DNA from: Candidatus Micrarchaeota archaeon
GTDB taxonomy: Archaea; Micrarchaeota; Micrarchaeia; Anstonellales; Bilamarchaeaceae
Reading direction: 5' to 3'
DNA length: 64,000 bases
Assembly: GCA_043821365.1 (NCBI GenBank)
Contig: JBDRCX010000006.1
Span: 320,001 to 384,000 of the forward strand
Below are positions 26,172 through 36,294 of the stretch, piece after piece. Position 1 is the first letter of the stretch, and each line of letters opens with the position of its first letter. Under the pieces are notes generated by a model, which did no database searches, had not been told where the DNA came from, and saw nothing but the letters and a program-made list of their open reading frames with translations. Both the position numbers and the translations under genes were made by a program.

Positions 26172-27479
26172 TCATTCAACAGCTTCTTCTACAATTCTTT
26201 TTGCACTACCAATATATGTAGAATATTTGAATATTTCGTCTGCTTCATTTGCTCCAAGCAATCCACTTTCCAAAACAAGCTCTTTCAGGTGTCTTTTTTT
26301 TGCAAATGCCTCATGAGCCATGTTTCTTACTTTCTCATGTGCATCCTGTCTTCCCATATCCTTCTTCTCAACCAAATATATCATCAATCTCTCTGCTAGA
26401 ATAAGGCCGTTTGTCAATTCTAGATTTTTCTTTATGTTATCAGGATAGAAAACAAGTCCACTCACTATCTTTGTTATTTCATGGGCCATATAATCAACAG
26501 TGACAAAACTCTCACTGAAAATAGCTCGTTCATTTGCACTGTTAGTAAGATCTCTTTCATGTTCTAGGGCGTTATTCTCAATAGCAGTTAGCACATTTGC
26601 ACGAACAAGGCGTGCAAGGGAGCAGATCCGTTCACTTTTATGCGGGTTTCTTTTCTGAGGCATTGTGGATGAACCAACTTGTTTTGCACTGAATGCTTCT
26701 GAAACTTCAAGAATCTCTGTTCTTTGGAGGTTTCTTATCTCCTTGGCTATTTTTTCAAATAATGATGCAGTTGTGGCAAGTATAAATACTATCTCTGCAT
26801 GACGATCTCTCTGGATGACCTGATTTGTAATTTTTGCACTTTCTAATCCAAGTTCTGCCATGACTATCTTCTGTATCTTTTGCCCATCCTTACCGAAAGT
26901 TGCCATTGTTCCAACTGCGCCGGACATCTTACCAACGGCTATTCTTTTTTTTGCTTCTTTCAATCTCTCTAAATTACGTCTTAATTCTTGATAATAAAGT
27001 GCAAATTTCATGCCGTATGTTGTTGGTACTGCATGCTGTCCATGTGTTCTCCCCACACAAACGGTTTCTTTATGTTGCAATGCTAGTTTTTTCAATTCTT
27101 TACCAAAGTTTTCCAATTGTTTTTCAATTATTTCCATTGCATCAAGGAAAATCAATGCAGTTGCTGTATCTTCAATGTCATAACTAGTAGCACCAAGATG
27201 AACATACTTACCAGCATCTCCTGCTTGTTCTGTAAGTGCTTTTACCATTGCCATAAGGTCATGTTGTATCTGAGATTCTATCTCCACAACTCGTTCATGT
27301 TTTACTTTTTTCATTGCCTGTTCTATTTTTCCAGGAGCATCTTTTGGTATGTTCCCAAGTTGTGCATGTGCTTTTGCTAAAGCCACCTCTACACGCATCC
27401 ATTTGTTTATTTTATTCTGGTCCTCAAAAACACTATTCATCTCTGTCCTGTATCTTTCTTCAAATGGAGAAATTGCCAT
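26172..27479 (-). CDS. purB: Adenylosuccinate lyase
   Basis: HLGATSYDI, GRTHGQHA and GSSTMPQKRNP fumarase-superfamily signature. Confidence 0.96.
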   Translation of the reverse strand: MAISPFEERYRTEMNSVFEDQNKINKWMRVEVALAKAHAQLGNIPKDAPGKIEQAMKKVKHERVVEIESQIQHDLMAMVKALTEQAGDAGKYVHLGATSYDIEDTATALIFLDAMEIIEKQLENFGKELKKLALQHKETVCVGRTHGQHAVPTTYGMKFALYYQELRRNLERLKEAKKRIAVGKMSGAVGTMATFGKDGQKIQKIVMAELGLESAKITNQVIQRDRHAEIVFILATTASLFEKIAKEIRNLQRTEILEVSEAFSAKQVGSSTMPQKRNPHKSERICSLARLVRANVLTAIENNALEHERDLTNSANERAIFSESFVTVDYMAHEITKIVSGLVFYPDNIKKNLELTNGLILAERLMIYLVEKKDMGRQDAHEKVRNMAHEAFAKKRHLKELVLESGLLGANEADEIFKYSTYIGSAKRIVEEAVE

Positions 27480-27531
27480 ATAATTCTATCATTACCTTAT
27501 CTTTTAAAATTAAGTGAAACAAAACCAAGTT

Positions 27532-28260
27532 ATGGTTAAAACTCGGATTATAAAAAAGCAGGATAAATCTTACATTGAATTACCTTCCGAGATGGCCAAA
27601 TATGATGAAGTTGAAATTTTTTCACTTAAAGAAGGATATTATCTTATCTCGGTGCCATTGGGTGAAACCCACGGGTCAACGTCATCTACAATAAACGAAA
27701 GAGAAAAGGCAGTTTTGAAAAAATTACTATCGATAAAATTTGAGAATAGAACCCCCCCACATATATCTAAAGTACTTGATGATGACGAGAGAAATGTTCT
27801 CGAAGACTTAGGAAAAAAAGGCTTAGTTAATCTTTTCAAGGGCCGTAAATATGTTGATGGTGTTTATAGCATTCCAACCAGCACATACACTCTTGTTAGT
27901 GGACAAAGTCAACAACCAAACCAACCTATAGGTCCAATTGCAGTTTTGAATAGTCGTGGGTTTCTTATTGTTAATGATAAGCGCGAAGCACACACTCTCT
28001 CTGAGAAACTTTCACAGGAGATGAAAAAAGGGGCATTTTTGGGGGTAAAGGGCTTTGATAATAAATTTTACATCGTCAGTAGAGACTATTTTACTTCGGC
28101 AAGGGTAAGGATTATTGATTTTCTAAAGCAAGATTCTGATATTCAATCAATAGTTTCAACAACAAAACTTGATAGTGACGGGTGCAATGCAGTTTTGAAA
28201 ATAATGGCAGAAAATGGGGAGATTATTGAAAAAAAACGCGGACTTTATGCTTCAGTTTGA
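27532..28260 (+). CDS. Hypothetical protein (AbrB-like N-terminus, winged-helix-like segments)
   Basis: KSYIELPSEM N-terminus; overlaps next gene; family assignment tentative. Confidence 0.6.
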   Translation: MVKTRIIKKQDKSYIELPSEMAKYDEVEIFSLKEGYYLISVPLGETHGSTSSTINEREKAVLKKLLSIKFENRTPPHISKVLDDDERNVLEDLGKKGLVNLFKGRKYVDGVYSIPTSTYTLVSGQSQQPNQPIGPIAVLNSRGFLIVNDKREAHTLSEKLSQEMKKGAFLGVKGFDNKFYIVSRDYFTSARVRIIDFLKQDSDIQSIVSTTKLDSDGCNAVLKIMAENGEIIEKKRGLYASV

Positions 28261-28268
28261 GGGGTTTC

Positions 28269-29387
28269 ATGATAATTAAAGACGAGATTCACGGTACAAT
28301 AGAATTCGATGAACTTGAAGAAAGAATAATAGATAGTGTGCATTTCCAAAGACTCCGTAGAATCAAACAAATGTCCATAACTAATCTTGTTTATCCTGGA
28401 GCTAACCACACGCGTTTTGAGCATTCGATAGGCACTGCTCATCTTTCAAAAATTATTGCTCAAAGAGTTGGTCTTAATGAGGATGAAATTAGAAAGGTGA
28501 AACTTTATGGTCTTCTTCATGATATTGGTCACACTGCGTTTTCACACGAAGGGGAAGATGTTGTAAAAAAGTATATTGGTGATCATGAACAAATTGGCAG
28601 GAAAAAAATCATTGACGGTGAAATTGCAGACATTTTGTCCGAAAATTTCAAACCGATTGAAATTGCAGATGTTGTAAAATCAACAAATGGCAGCATAATC
28701 GAATCTGATCTTGGTGCAGATAGGATGGATTACCTAAAGAGAGACGCTCTTAATACTGGCGTGGCGTATGGCATCATAGATATCGATCGGATTGTACACA
28801 CCATAAAGATGGATAAAAACCAATTATATATCGAACAAGGTGGTCTTGAAGCGGCTGAAAACCTTCTCATTGCAAGGTTTATGATGTTTTCAACTGTATA
28901 TCTCCATCGCACAGTTAGAATCGCAACTGCAATGCTTTATCGTGCAATTGAAAATGCAATAGCCGACGGAACTATTGCACCCGAACGTTTCATTCAGCTT
29001 GATGATGAGAGTGCAATGGCTGAAATATCCAAATCAAAGATCGGTGGAAAATATGCAGATGCACTAGCAAAACGCCATCTTTACAAAGAAATTTATTCTT
29101 TCCATAAAAATAATTGGGATCCGGATAAAGCAAAAAAATTAGAAAGTGAGTTATGTCAAAAAACCAATCAGGATGTACTTGTTGATTATCCTCATCAATT
29201 TTTCAAATCTGTTGAATTTGAAGTTAATACTGATGATGGATTAAGACCAATTACAGAACTATCTAAACTTGTTCAATCACTAAAACAAACCGAAGAAAAT
29301 CGTATGAAGATATTAATACTTGCAGAAGAATCAGTAAGAAATAAGTTTGGTGAAGAAATAAGAAAATTCATCCAACTGTCATGCTAG
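28269..29387 (+). CDS. HD-domain phosphohydrolase (SAMHD1/dNTPase-like)
   Basis: FQRLRRIKQ, HTRFEHSIG, LLHDIGHTAFSH and DRMDYLKRD motifs. Confidence 0.92.
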   Translation: MIIKDEIHGTIEFDELEERIIDSVHFQRLRRIKQMSITNLVYPGANHTRFEHSIGTAHLSKIIAQRVGLNEDEIRKVKLYGLLHDIGHTAFSHEGEDVVKKYIGDHEQIGRKKIIDGEIADILSENFKPIEIADVVKSTNGSIIESDLGADRMDYLKRDALNTGVAYGIIDIDRIVHTIKMDKNQLYIEQGGLEAAENLLIARFMMFSTVYLHRTVRIATAMLYRAIENAIADGTIAPERFIQLDDESAMAEISKSKIGGKYADALAKRHLYKEIYSFHKNNWDPDKAKKLESELCQKTNQDVLVDYPHQFFKSVEFEVNTDDGLRPITELSKLVQSLKQTEENRMKILILAEESVRNKFGEEIRKFIQLSC

Positions 29388-29529
29388 CAACATGAACTAT
29401 TATTACAAATACGAAAACTGCCACTATGAATGCCTTTGGATCAAATTCAATTCCGCTTAATTTTGTATCAGGTGACATACCGACTATACCGGCAGATGCC
29501 ATCGGCATTGTTATTGTGTCTTTTGCCAT
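29368..29529 (-). CDS. sec61b: Preprotein translocase subunit Sec61beta
   Basis: MPMASAGIV...GIEFDPKAFIVAVFVFVIIVHV pattern; ATG at 29529. Confidence 0.85.
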   Translation of the reverse strand: MAKDTITMPMASAGIVGMSPDTKLSGIEFDPKAFIVAVFVFVIIVHVASMTVG

Positions 29530-29583
29530 AGGTCGCTTTGTAATACGAATGATATATAAGCCTTTGTCATTCCATAATACCTC

Positions 29584-30327
29584 ATGGGAAATGTTTCTAT
29601 TCATAAGACAGTGGACATGAAAAAATTAAAGAACCCGACAATAATTATGGGGTTTCCTGGTACTGGTTTAGTTGGTAGCGTTGCGGCATCTCAACTTGTC
29701 GAATCTTTGCAGATGGGTTTTGGTGGCTATCTTTCTAGTTCTGATTTTGCTCCTTTGGCTGCAATTCATGATTACAAACCAATGCCAGCAGCCAGAATTC
29801 ATTATTCAGAAAAATTCAATATGATTGTTATACTTTCAGAGATGACAATACCAATTGCATCTTCTAATGACGTTGCAGATAAGATATATGATTTTGCGAA
29901 ATCTGTTAATGCATCGTGTATAATTTCACTCGGTGGCATTTCTCTTCAGGACGAAAAAAAGGGAGTTTATGTTGTATCAAGCGATGCAACTGTAATTAAA
30001 GATATCATTAATAAGAAAATTGCCAAACCAATAAAGGAAGGCGCAACAACTGGAGTCACTGGTATTTTACTTACAAAAGGAACCCTTGAACATTTCCCGA
30101 TCACTACTATTTTAGCAGAATCTTCAGAGGAATATCTTGATCCAAGAGCTGCTTCAAATGTACTTAAAGTTCTCACACAAATGATTGGAATTCAAATTAA
30201 TACTACTCGTCTTGATAAAGAGGCATCTGAATTCGCAAAAGACATCCAACAAGCAGTTACAAAAGCAAGAATATCAAAGAAAAAGGGTGGGCCACAGGCA
30301 AGTGAAGGTGGCTCAATGTATGGCTAA
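29584..30327 (+). CDS. Proteasome assembly chaperone (PAC2 family)
   Basis: IMGFPGTGLVGSVAA, IISLGG, GATTGVTG and DPRAA motifs. Confidence 0.9.
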   Translation: MGNVSIHKTVDMKKLKNPTIIMGFPGTGLVGSVAASQLVESLQMGFGGYLSSSDFAPLAAIHDYKPMPAARIHYSEKFNMIVILSEMTIPIASSNDVADKIYDFAKSVNASCIISLGGISLQDEKKGVYVVSSDATVIKDIINKKIAKPIKEGATTGVTGILLTKGTLEHFPITTILAESSEEYLDPRAASNVLKVLTQMIGIQINTTRLDKEASEFAKDIQQAVTKARISKKKGGPQASEGGSMYG

Positions 30328-30358
30328 CCTAATTAAATCTCTTTAACATATAACCATT

Positions 30359-31339
30359 ATGCTTCGCGTTGCTCATGCTACACAAAGCAGGACAGTGCGA
30401 GACTCATCTATCTTTCCAAAAAAAATGTTCAGAACTAGTTTTGGTGTTGATGTTGAATATCTTATGATTCCAAAGCATTCTAGTGGCATTGATCCAAACA
30501 GTCCTACAATTATTTTTTTCAATGGATTTATGCTTCGTTTCTCACAATGGGGGTTTCAGATGCCTAGATATACTGTAAAACACAGTTTGGAAGGGTTTTC
30601 AAATTATAATCTTCTTTTTTTCAATAATCTTGGTCATGGCCATAGTGAAATTAATGGAACAACTACCCATGAATATCTAAAACACTGTGCACAGGCAGTC
30701 TATGAACTTATCCATAGTCTTGGGGCAAATTCCAGAATATTTACTGTGGCACATAGCATGGGAAGCCCGATTTCTTTAGAATTTCAACGTCTTACGGAAG
30801 ATCAAGTTGAAGCAATGGCATTTGTTTCTCCAGTGTTTTCTAATCCATTAAGGGTGTTTCCTCATGCTGATTTTGTTGAACCAAGACTAGAAAGGATCCA
30901 AACTATTCTTGAACGTGCTCATGTCGCATCTACACTTACAAAAACACTCGGGGTGGTGGCATCAGATCTTCCACTTATGGTCTGTCATGCTTTATTTACT
31001 ATGAGAACTGGAAGCAAAATCCGTCGAGAAGCATTTACAAAAAACTTGCAAAAATCATTGGAATTAGATGTTTCTGTTTTCGTTACTGCTCTTCTGTCAC
31101 TGATTCAAACTGGTGATGAAATTGGTTCAAGACTTAGTAGAGTAATACTTCCAAAAAAAGTTATTCTTGGTGATAAGGATTTCATAACTGATAAAAGCAG
31201 GACAGAGCAGATTGTTAGGGAATTAGCACCAGACACTTCAATTGTTGTTATGGAGAATACTTCACACTGGGCAAATTCAGAAAGGCCCAGAAGTGTTAAT
31301 AGAGAATTAGCTGCATTTTTTGATTCTGTGAATCTGTAA
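30359..31339 (+). CDS. Alpha/beta hydrolase
   Basis: GHGHS, AHSMG nucleophile, GDKDFIT and SHW motifs. Confidence 0.85.
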   Translation: MLRVAHATQSRTVRDSSIFPKKMFRTSFGVDVEYLMIPKHSSGIDPNSPTIIFFNGFMLRFSQWGFQMPRYTVKHSLEGFSNYNLLFFNNLGHGHSEINGTTTHEYLKHCAQAVYELIHSLGANSRIFTVAHSMGSPISLEFQRLTEDQVEAMAFVSPVFSNPLRVFPHADFVEPRLERIQTILERAHVASTLTKTLGVVASDLPLMVCHALFTMRTGSKIRREAFTKNLQKSLELDVSVFVTALLSLIQTGDEIGSRLSRVILPKKVILGDKDFITDKSRTEQIVRELAPDTSIVVMENTSHWANSERPRSVNRELAAFFDSVNL

Positions 31340-31696
31340 TCAAACCACTATGGTTTTTTCATTAAGTTTAGCTAACATCTCAATTAATTTTGTTGAATAT
31401 AACGAATATCTACTTCCTTTTTCAGTTGCTTTTTTTGCCTTTTTTCTCTTACCTTCAAGTGCCAATTTAAGTACTCTTGCTGCACATTTGTGGAATTTCA
31501 TATGTATTTCTTTTATTTTACAATATTCTTTTTTGTGTTCACTGTCCAAATAATTAAGCCATTTGCCTAATATGCAATTCTTATCACTGTTGACACTCTT
31601 AACTGTGAATTTCGATTCACCTGTTTCTATTGCTTCGTCTAATAATTGCTTCCAACGCATGTGAGATATTATGGCTTCATTAATGATGTCTCTCAT
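31340..31696 (-). CDS. Stand-alone CZB (chemoreceptor zinc-binding) domain protein
   Basis: HMRWK, CILGKWL and IHMKFHKCA: 3His-1Cys signature. Confidence 0.85.
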   Translation of the reverse strand: MRDIINEAIISHMRWKQLLDEAIETGESKFTVKSVNSDKNCILGKWLNYLDSEHKKEYCKIKEIHMKFHKCAARVLKLALEGKRKKAKKATEKGSRYSLYSTKLIEMLAKLNEKTIVV

Positions 31697-31871
31697 AACT
31701 ACACCTAAAAAAAGTCTATTTTGTTAGTGTGCTCAAATATATTTAATTGTTACACAACTATAAAAATACCCAATTCCAACTAATTTTGAGGTGAAAATAT
31801 GTTTTGTAGAAAATTTGGAAGGGGTTTAGAAATGCAGGAATCCATTTAGGCAGAAGAAACCACAAATTTCT

Positions 31872-32699
31872 TTGTTAACTGATTTTGGAAATGATGAAGC
31901 GGTTTATCTAATCAAGTCTGCCATTGGTTTTATCTCCCCCAGAACTCTGATTGTAGATATAACTCATTCTGTTCCAGCATGTAATATCCTTGTTGGAGCG
32001 TGGAGATTTGCACGTGTTGTAACTACGCCAACAGAAAAAGAAGGAACCATCTATGTCGGAGTTGTTGATCCTGGTGTTGGTGGCGAACGGAAATCCATCA
32101 TTGTCCAAACTAAAAGCGGCAAATATCTTGTTGGACCTGACAATGGTTTACTTTCCATTGCTTTTCAGAATGACGGGGTCGAAGAAGCAGTCTCAATAAC
32201 CAATGATGATCTCACTCTTCTGAGAATTGCAAAATCATCAACTTTCCATGGAAAGGATATTTATGGTCCAGTTGCAGCGCATTTGGCAAATGGAGTGAAA
32301 ATAAGTGAATTTGGTGACAAATTGTCATCAGATCAATTGTGCAAAATTCTTCTTGAAACAAAAGCATCATCTACTCTCAGAAAAGGTTCACTTGTAGATA
32401 TTGATGATTTTGGAACATTGCGTACAAATCTTCCTAATCATGTAAATGAAGACTGGATTGATAGTTTTGTGCAATTGACAATTAGGGCACTAGGACACAT
32501 TCTGTTTTCTGGTAAGGTTGCACTCCGAACAAAATTTGAAGGTAGCGAAAAAGGAGAATTGATTGCATTATTGGCATCTACTGGTTGTATTGATATCGCA
32601 GCTAATCTTGGAAGTGCAAGTAGTGATTTAAAAATTGGGTTCAATGGAATTCAATTAAGCGGTTTGATTCCTACAACCGAGGTGATAATTGAAAAATGA
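31872..32699 (+). CDS. SAM hydroxide adenosyltransferase (DUF62, chlorinase/fluorinase family); 5' end frameshifted
   Basis: LLTDFG, VVDPGVG, GPDNGLL, SSTFHGKDIYGPVAAHLA and IDDFG motifs; the SD-preceded ATG at 31799 is in another frame. Confidence 0.88.
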   Translation: MLTDFGNDEAVYLIKSAIGFISPRTLIVDITHSVPACNILVGAWRFARVVTTPTEKEGTIYVGVVDPGVGGERKSIIVQTKSGKYLVGPDNGLLSIAFQNDGVEEAVSITNDDLTLLRIAKSSTFHGKDIYGPVAAHLANGVKISEFGDKLSSDQLCKILLETKASSTLRKGSLVDIDDFGTLRTNLPNHVNEDWIDSFVQLTIRALGHILFSGKVALRTKFEGSEKGELIALLASTGCIDIAANLGSASSDLKIGFNGIQLSGLIPTTEVIIEK

Positions 32700-32785
32700 A
32701 AATTCAGTAGCTTATTAAACACTTTTAACTATTTTTTCTTCTCCTAATCCTGAGGTACTTCTTCAGGAAAAGTGATCATACTTGT

Positions 32786-32923
32786 GCAGGGATAGCAAAG
32801 CCTGGTCAAATGCGCAGGACTTAAGAAACTTCGCTGATGTTTGGCAGATGTCAAAGTTCCATCAAAGGTCTTGAGTTATCCTGTCGCTTAGTGCGTTCGA
32901 CGGTTCAAATCCGTCTCCCTGCA
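32786..32923 (+). tRNA. tRNA-Leu(TAA) with 52-nt canonical 37/38 intron (32826-32877)
   Basis: GCAGGGA/TCCCTGC acceptor; CAGGA/TCCTG anticodon stem; BHB central helix CUUA/UGAG. Confidence 0.94.
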
Positions 32924-33040
32924 TTTTACACTAGTTCTGGTTTCAGCCAATCAATACAGTATTTACCATAGAAATATTCTGAATTTAAAAAATATCTAAA
33001 TTTTGAAATTAACCACGGTTAGTCGGAATAAAAAGGGATA

Positions 33041-33071
33041 TTTATAAATTTACACATTTACATATATAAAT
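33041..33071 (+). promoter_or_regulatory. TATA box and candidate ArsR operator
   Basis: TTTATAAA at 33041-33048; ATTTA-N6-TAAAT inverted repeat at 33056-33071 directly before the arsR ATG. Confidence 0.4.
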
Positions 33072-33368
33072 ATGAAAGAACGGCTCAAACTGTTCAAGGC
33101 ACTTTCTGATGAAACACGGTTAAACATCGTTGAGTTTTTACTTGGAGGGGAGCAATGTGTTTGTTGTATCCAGCCACATGTGAAACGATCACAATCAACA
33201 GTCTCACTCCAACTAAACAAACTTGAAAATCTGGGGGTTGTAAAACAAAGAAGAGAAGGAAAGTATATCTACTATTCCATCGCTGATGAAACTATAAGAA
33301 AATTGCTTTATGCACTTGGGGTTAAGAGAGGTAAGAAAAATGGAAGAAAAGAAAAAAGGGTTTGTTGA
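33072..33368 (+). CDS. ArsR/SmtB transcriptional regulator
   Basis: FKALSDETRLNIV, CVCCI, SQSTVSLQLNKL and REGKYIYYSI motifs. Confidence 0.93.
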   Translation: MKERLKLFKALSDETRLNIVEFLLGGEQCVCCIQPHVKRSQSTVSLQLNKLENLGVVKQRREGKYIYYSIADETIRKLLYALGVKRGKKNGRKEKRVC

Positions 33369-33447
33369 AAAGCTCCTTGAAAAGCTTGACCAGAAAATGG
33401 AAAGCGAATCAAAGAAGACGTGCTGTTGCAAGGGTAAATGCAAATGA
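33340..33447 (+). CDS. 35-aa Cys-tailed peptide (not in ORF track)
   Basis: MEEKKKGFVEKLLEKLDQKMESESKKTCCCKGKCK; GAGGT SD; stop overlaps permease ATG (ATGA). Confidence 0.75.
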   Translation: MEEKKKGFVEKLLEKLDQKMESESKKTCCCKGKCK

Positions 33448-34400
33448 GCGATCTAATCCAACAGTTCTCCCAGTGGATTGTATATGGTGTACTGGGGCTA
33501 AATGATTCAGAATTGGGTACATCCCTGGATTTTTTCATCTATGACAGCATCAAAATCATGCTTTTACTCTTCATCATGGTATTCATAATGGCTGTCATGA
33601 GGAGCTATATCTCTCAGGAAAGAATAAGGCGTGCTCTTTCAGGAAAAATTCCCATTTTCCCAAATCTCATTGCATCTGTTTTTGGTGCAGTAACACCTTT
33701 CTGTTCATGTTCATCTGTTCCTATTTTTATAAGTTTTCTTGAAGCTGGTGTGCCTCTCGGAACTGCTTTTTCATTTCTTGTAACCTCACCACTTGTAAAC
33801 GAGTATATGGTTATTCTTATGTTTGGTTTTTTTGGCTTTGAAGTTACTGCTGCTTATGTTGCTGTAGGGATACTACTCGGTGTTGTCTCAGGGATTTTTA
33901 TAAGCCAGATGAACATGGAAAAATATCTTGTTAAAGATATAACAACAAGCAATAAAACTTCAAAAACTGAAAAGAAATTCAGTTCCTTTGCCAAAAGGCT
34001 CATATTCGGGTACAATGAAGCAAAGAATATCACAAATAAGCTCTGGTTTTGGGTACTTTTGGGGGTTGGTGCTGGTGCCATCATTCATGGTTTTATCCCT
34101 GAAGAACTGATAACTTCTATTGTTAGTAGTGGGGGCATTTTTGCAGTTCCACTTGCCGTGCTTGTCGGGGTTCCAATTTATGCTAATTGCAATGCGGTTG
34201 TTCCAATAGCCGTTGTTCTTTTCCAGAAGGGGGTGCCTCTCGGAACTGCACTCGCATTTATCATGGCTGCAGCTGCGTTGAGTCTGCCTGAAGCAATAAT
34301 ACTTAGGAGAGCAATGAAACTAAAACTACTGGCTTTGTTTTTCCTGTTGGTGACTTTAGGGATAATACTGATTGGTTATCTGTTTAATTTTCTTTTTTAA
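33444..34400 (+). CDS. DUF318/ArsP-family permease
   Basis: GAVTPFCSCSSVP and VPIYANCNAVVP motifs; multi-TM. Confidence 0.9.
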   Translation: MSDLIQQFSQWIVYGVLGLNDSELGTSLDFFIYDSIKIMLLLFIMVFIMAVMRSYISQERIRRALSGKIPIFPNLIASVFGAVTPFCSCSSVPIFISFLEAGVPLGTAFSFLVTSPLVNEYMVILMFGFFGFEVTAAYVAVGILLGVVSGIFISQMNMEKYLVKDITTSNKTSKTEKKFSSFAKRLIFGYNEAKNITNKLWFWVLLGVGAGAIIHGFIPEELITSIVSSGGIFAVPLAVLVGVPIYANCNAVVPIAVVLFQKGVPLGTALAFIMAAAALSLPEAIILRRAMKLKLLALFFLLVTLGIILIGYLFNFLF

Positions 34401-34415
34401 TCTGGCACTGGTTTC

Positions 34416-35360
34416 TTATAAAATTCTTGGTCGTTTTCCTGTGTAATCCACTGTCTCTTCAAATCGCATTCCATAATTTTTCAAGTAAAAAGAAGGTTCA
34501 ACTGCAATTGCAGAGCCAGCTATTTTATTAGTTGATTTTTTGCTTAGTTTTGGCAGTTCATGAATATCAAGACCAAGTCCATGGCCTGATGAGTGTGGCA
34601 TTTTTGGGAATCCTGATTTTTCTAATAAGTCTTGTGCCAAGCTATCTACTTCATTCCCATATTCAAATTCTGGTAGTGAGTCAATAACAAAATGACAAAT
34701 ATGTCTGAGCTTGTCATACTGTTCTTTTTTCTTCTTATCTCCATCTAAAATAAAACATCTAGTGACGTCGGAACAATAATGTTGGTATCTTACTCCATAG
34801 TCAACCATAACCAAACTTCCTATTTTTTTATTTGTAGCTTGGGTATGTGGGTATGACGTATTTTTATCAGTTGAAACAATTGGTTCAAATGCAGGTTCAA
34901 GTCCAAGTTCCATTGTTTTCATAAGCAATTGTTTTCTAAGCTCATTCTCTGTTTTTGCTTTTTTGAAATCTAGATCCTCAAATATCTCTTTTGTGTATCT
35001 AACTGCTTTTGCTATTTTTCTAATTTCACCTGGTTTTTTTCTTGCTCTTTTTTCTAACAATTGAATTGTTACATCATCAAGTCTGCAAAATGTTTTCAAT
35101 TTCTTTGCCAGCCGCAAACTTAAATTTGCACCATCAACTTCAACTTTTCTATTGTTTAATTTTTTTTGTAATTCTTTTATTGGATTTTGATAAACAGAAA
35201 CATTTCCTTGAAATTTGCTTCTAGCTAACGATTCATTCAATTCAGGTACAATTAGAGTCTTGTTTTTACCACTAATCAAAAGAAAACTATGGTCAATATC
35301 AATTCCGCTATGATAGAAAAAGTTTGCATCGAAATGTTCGCCACGATAGAGCAATAACAT
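34416..35360 (-). CDS. Xaa-Pro peptidase (M24 family)
   Basis: VMVDYG...YCSDVTR, HSSGHGLGLDIHE, VEPSFY and MRFEE motifs. Confidence 0.92.
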   Translation of the reverse strand: MLLLYRGEHFDANFFYHSGIDIDHSFLLISGKNKTLIVPELNESLARSKFQGNVSVYQNPIKELQKKLNNRKVEVDGANLSLRLAKKLKTFCRLDDVTIQLLEKRARKKPGEIRKIAKAVRYTKEIFEDLDFKKAKTENELRKQLLMKTMELGLEPAFEPIVSTDKNTSYPHTQATNKKIGSLVMVDYGVRYQHYCSDVTRCFILDGDKKKKEQYDKLRHICHFVIDSLPEFEYGNEVDSLAQDLLEKSGFPKMPHSSGHGLGLDIHELPKLSKKSTNKIAGSAIAVEPSFYLKNYGMRFEETVDYTGKRPRIL

Positions 35361-35460
35361 AACCTGTCTAAACAGTCACCCATTAAATTTATTGCGCCTA
35401 AAACCACAACAAAACCAAAACTGTTTAATCATTAATTGAGAACTTCATTTGGTGATTAAA

Positions 35461-36294
35461 GTGAAGAATACTGCTTTACTTTCAATATTTGTATTATTAC
35501 TTGCATTCGGATGTTTAGGTCCTGAGCTTCCTCAGTCTGATTATGAAGATGATTATGTGGGTTCTTCCTACGCAAAAGGTTCAGCTCTTTCAGCTGCTCC
35601 TATGCTTAGTGGTGTATCCTCTTCAGGGACTTATGTAACTAAAGAAGGTTCTATAACCCTTAAAATTTCAGAAGGAATGCTTGAATCAAAATTTGAATCT
35701 GTGCGAGATGAATTAACTAGCGAAGGAGCAACATTCAGTAATATTGACTACAATGAATACTCAACAAAAAAACAGTACACATTAACAATGAAGATAATTC
35801 CATCAAAATTTGATTCAGTCTTTGATATGCTTAAGGAATATGGCGAAGTAAAATATGTTTCTGTTGATCTTGATGATGTTACTCAACAATATACTGATCT
35901 GGAAACAAGAATAACAAATAAAGAAATTGAACTTACGCGCATCAGAGAGCTTTATAATCAGAGTTATAAAATCTCAGATCTTCTTTCAATAGAGCAAGAA
36001 CTTACAAGAGTTGAAACTGAGTATGAACTTTTAAAACAGCAAAAATCATACCTTGATTCAAAAATTCAAAAATCAACCATATATTTGACTATGTATGAAG
36101 ATAAGCCAGCTACCCAGCAATTAATCATTCCATTCGAGGGTCTTGGAAACTTATTCTTCGGTGCATTGGCAACAGCAGTTGCAATAATAGTTGCATTAAC
36201 TGGATTTATCATTCCAATTGCAGTTGTTGTTATTGCACTGTGGGTTGTCTATAAAAGATTCAAGGGCAAAAGTCATACTTCGAAAACACGTTGA
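35461..36294 (+). CDS. DUF4349-family lipoprotein with C-terminal TM anchor
   Basis: LAFGC lipobox; DVTQQYTDLETRI coiled coil; C-terminal TM. Confidence 0.85.
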   Translation: MKNTALLSIFVLLLAFGCLGPELPQSDYEDDYVGSSYAKGSALSAAPMLSGVSSSGTYVTKEGSITLKISEGMLESKFESVRDELTSEGATFSNIDYNEYSTKKQYTLTMKIIPSKFDSVFDMLKEYGEVKYVSVDLDDVTQQYTDLETRITNKEIELTRIRELYNQSYKISDLLSIEQELTRVETEYELLKQQKSYLDSKIQKSTIYLTMYEDKPATQQLIIPFEGLGNLFFGALATAVAIIVALTGFIIPIAVVVIALWVVYKRFKGKSHTSKTR

